Below, piece after piece: positions 61,620 through 64,000 of a stretch of DNA of 64,000 bases. Position 1 is the first letter of the stretch. Each line of letters opens with the position of its first letter. The position numbers and the translations under genes were made by a program. Source of the stretch: Verrucomicrobiia bacterium (GTDB taxonomy: Bacteria > Verrucomicrobiota > Verrucomicrobiia > Limisphaerales > UBA1319); contig OY760937.1 in assembly GCA_963664225.1 (NCBI GenBank), forward strand, positions 768,001-832,000, written 5' to 3'. Below the pieces are notes generated by a model. The model saw only the letters and a list, made by a program, of their open reading frames with translations, was not told where the DNA came from and searched no databases.

Positions 61620-63594
61620 GTGCGCCAGTGAAATTGGTAGCCTCGTGGGTGAAAGTCCCGCCGGTCGAATTAGACGGTTCACGACCGAAATGCAGCGTCC
61701 GGGACGAGGCCGTGAGGCCGAACCACAAGCGGGACGCTGAAAGAACTGTCGGGTCGTAACGAAAGTAAACCTCATCAAATGAGCTCCGAAACCGAAATAA
61801 CCGGTAAGCCGAGCCGCTACCCGAACGGCGAAGGCAGAAACGCGGCGTCATCAAATCGTCAAATGGGCGCTGTTGATTCCGGCGGAGTCAGCGAGGGCGA
61901 CACGACAGGAAGGGAAACCAAGGTAAGCTGGGAGATCTCTGGAGGCGGGGCGATAAAGCCTCAACCGCCGGTGCAAGGAGGAACACCCTCCGAGGCCGCA
62001 CGGGCAGCCAGAGAAGTCGGAGTCTTCCATAGTAGCGAAGAAGCTGGGGCGACCAAAACCCCGGCGGAGCCAAGGGAAGGCACTTGGATCGAAGCGAATC
62101 AAAACAGCGAGGGACAGGGAGATGGCCTTGAGGGAGTGGAAACACTTTTTCAACGGATAACAACCCCGATAAAAGTTCAAAAGCTGCAGCGAGCGCTATA
62201 TTGCAAAGCCAAGGCTGAGCCGAAGTATCGGTTTTACAGCCTCTACGGAGAACTGCTGCGGAAGGACGTGCTGGAAACGGCAATGGCCTCCGTGGCGCAC
62301 AACAATGGCGCGGCTGGGATCGACGGGCAGACATGCGACGTCTATCTTGCCAGCGACGAAGCCTGGGACCAATGGCGGAACCAACTGCTGGAGGAGTTAC
62401 GCACGAAGAAGTATCGGCCAAGCCCGGTGAAGCGTGTGTATATACCAAAAGGAGACGGGAAGCTGCGACCCCTGGGCATCCCGACAGTGAAAGACCGGGT
62501 GGTGCAGACAGCGGTGGTGATTGTATTGCTGCCGATTCTGGAAGCCGATAGTCATCCGAACAGTTACGCCTATCATCCCAAACGCAATGCCCACCAAGCA
62601 ATGGAGGCGATCAAGAAGGCTACGCTGACAGGACGCGTCGAAGTTATAGACGCGGACTTAAGCGGGTATTTTGACAGCATTCCCCACAGGCGTTTGTTGC
62701 GCATAGTGGCCAAGCGGGTCAGCGATGGAACAATTCTCAAGCTGATCGCAGGATGGCTGCGCGCGCCCGTGAATGAACCGCAAAGCGACACAGGGAAAGG
62801 CGGGACAAAGGGGGGGCAAGGTCAGAATCGACGGGGGACTCCGCAAGGCGGGGTTGTATCGCCGATTTTAGCCAATGCATACCTCAACCAGTTGGATTGG
62901 GAAGTCAACGAACGCTGCGAACTCAAACCCGTGATGGTGAGATACGCGGATGATTTCGTGATACTCGGACAGCCGGGGCAGGGACGGGAACTGATGGAAC
63001 GACTGGAACGATGGCTGAAGCAACGCGAGTTAGTGCTCAACGAGAAGAAGACCCGCTTGGTGGACCTCCGCCAGGATGGCATCAAATTCTTGGGATTCGC
63101 GCTAACAATGCGACAGGGGAAGGGGAAATGGAAATATCCGCATGTGGAACCCCATCCCAAGAGCCAGAAGAAGTTTCGAGACGGGATTCGGGAGAAACTC
63201 AACCGAAGCACGCTATGGCGTGATATCGGAGAGGTGATTCCCGAGCTCAACAAGAAACTCAAAGGTTGGAAGGGTTACTTTCACTACGGGAACAGCACCA
63301 AGGTGATGGGCCAGATGAACGAATACGTCAGCAGCAAGTTACAACGATGGTTGTGGCGCAAACACGGATGTAGTCGGGCGCAATGGTCCACATACCCCAA
63401 GGAGGATCTCTATGAGCGTTATGGTTTATACCAAATGCCGGAATATGCGGCATGGAAACGATGACGTCGAAGCGATGCAACGTATGATCCCCGGAGAGCC
63501 GGATGCGGGAAAACCGCCTGTCCGGTTCGATGAGGGGCGAAATGCGACGGTCATTGGCCACGGCCATTCAATCCGTCCATTTCGCCTACTCTAC
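61620..63594 (+). mobile_element. Group II intron, copy 2
   Basis: Same ends and identical ORF translations as copy 1 (offset 25745). Confidence 0.95.
62136..63464 (+). CDS. ltrA: Group II intron reverse transcriptase/maturase (frame open from 61779)
   Basis: Translation identical to copy 1. Confidence 0.93.
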   Translation: METLFQRITTPIKVQKLQRALYCKAKAEPKYRFYSLYGELLRKDVLETAMASVAHNNGAAGIDGQTCDVYLASDEAWDQWRNQLLEELRTKKYRPSPVKRVYIPKGDGKLRPLGIPTVKDRVVQTAVVIVLLPILEADSHPNSYAYHPKRNAHQAMEAIKKATLTGRVEVIDADLSGYFDSIPHRRLLRIVAKRVSDGTILKLIAGWLRAPVNEPQSDTGKGGTKGGQGQNRRGTPQGGVVSPILANAYLNQLDWEVNERCELKPVMVRYADDFVILGQPGQGRELMERLERWLKQRELVLNEKKTRLVDLRQDGIKFLGFALTMRQGKGKWKYPHVEPHPKSQKKFRDGIREKLNRSTLWRDIGEVIPELNKKLKGWKGYFHYGNSTKVMGQMNEYVSSKLQRWLWRKHGCSRAQWSTYPKEDLYERYGLYQMPEYAAWKR

Positions 63595-64000
63595 TTAATA
63601 CACCTTCGCCGATTGCAAATCATGGCTGTCTCAAAGCATTGCATCGTCTTGACCATTCTTATTTCGGATTTCGGGTTGAGGCGATGCGGCGAAAGTACGG
63701 CATAAAGGGCACGGGCACCGTCCAAAAGTGGGCTCGCAAGTACGGCAGGGGCGATTTAGGAAAGGTCATACGCGTGGAAACACCTAAAGAATTCAATGAA
63801 CGGGATCAAATGAAGAAGCGAATCAAGGCTTTGGAGAAAGCGTTGGCCGATGCGCACATCGATCTGGCGATCGAGCGTGCCACCATCCAAGTGGCCTGCG
63901 AACGGGCGGGGATTAAGGATGTGGCGGAGTTCAAAAAAAAAGTGGCTGGGAAATAGCCCATTGTGCGGTCAGGGGAGGTTCGGCGGATCAGGAGGTGCCG

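Larger units (their letters stand above)
60002..63675. mobile_element. 162-bp palindromic MITE, copy 2 (60002-60086 + 63599-63675), interrupted
   Basis: Highly similar to 35712-35873, same length; TSD TTGAG at 59997-60001 and 63676-63680. Confidence 0.9.
59900..63956 (+). pseudogene. IS3-family OrfA interrupted by nested elements (59900-60001 + 63681-63956)
   Basis: Halves join in frame: RYSESFKMAVVRELEEGEMSFE|AMRRKYGIKGTGTVQKWARKYG; A9G motif at 63933-63942. Confidence 0.85.

Overview
GC-rich bacterial chromosomal window; gene content and repeat style resemble Verrucomicrobiota/PVC (inference). The backbone is housekeeping and carbohydrate genes: batD-like, M2/ACE peptidase, GH127, ugd, mutT, UDG, POT transporter, rsmA, queE, an ArsR-DUF2892-RND module, thiM, a GH16-GH51 fusion, a four-gene phosphorelay cluster, fmt, adk, hscB/iscA, glyQS and three tRNAs (Ser-GGA, Glu-TTC, Arg-TCT). 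Mobile DNA is abundant. (1) An IS110 sits in a REP-like repeat, with a readable bridge RNA and an empty target site elsewhere in the window. (2) An IS3 is flanked by a 213-bp direct repeat. (3) An IS256 has an 8-bp TSD. (4) Two apparently identical group II introns have EBS1/EBS2 complementary to the terminal inverted repeat shared by an IS1380 element and a 162-bp fold-back MITE. Both introns sit exactly 1 nt outside the transposon end, inside the TSD. At 59.9-63.9 kb these form a four-level nest: IS3 orfA > MITE > IS1380 > intron.
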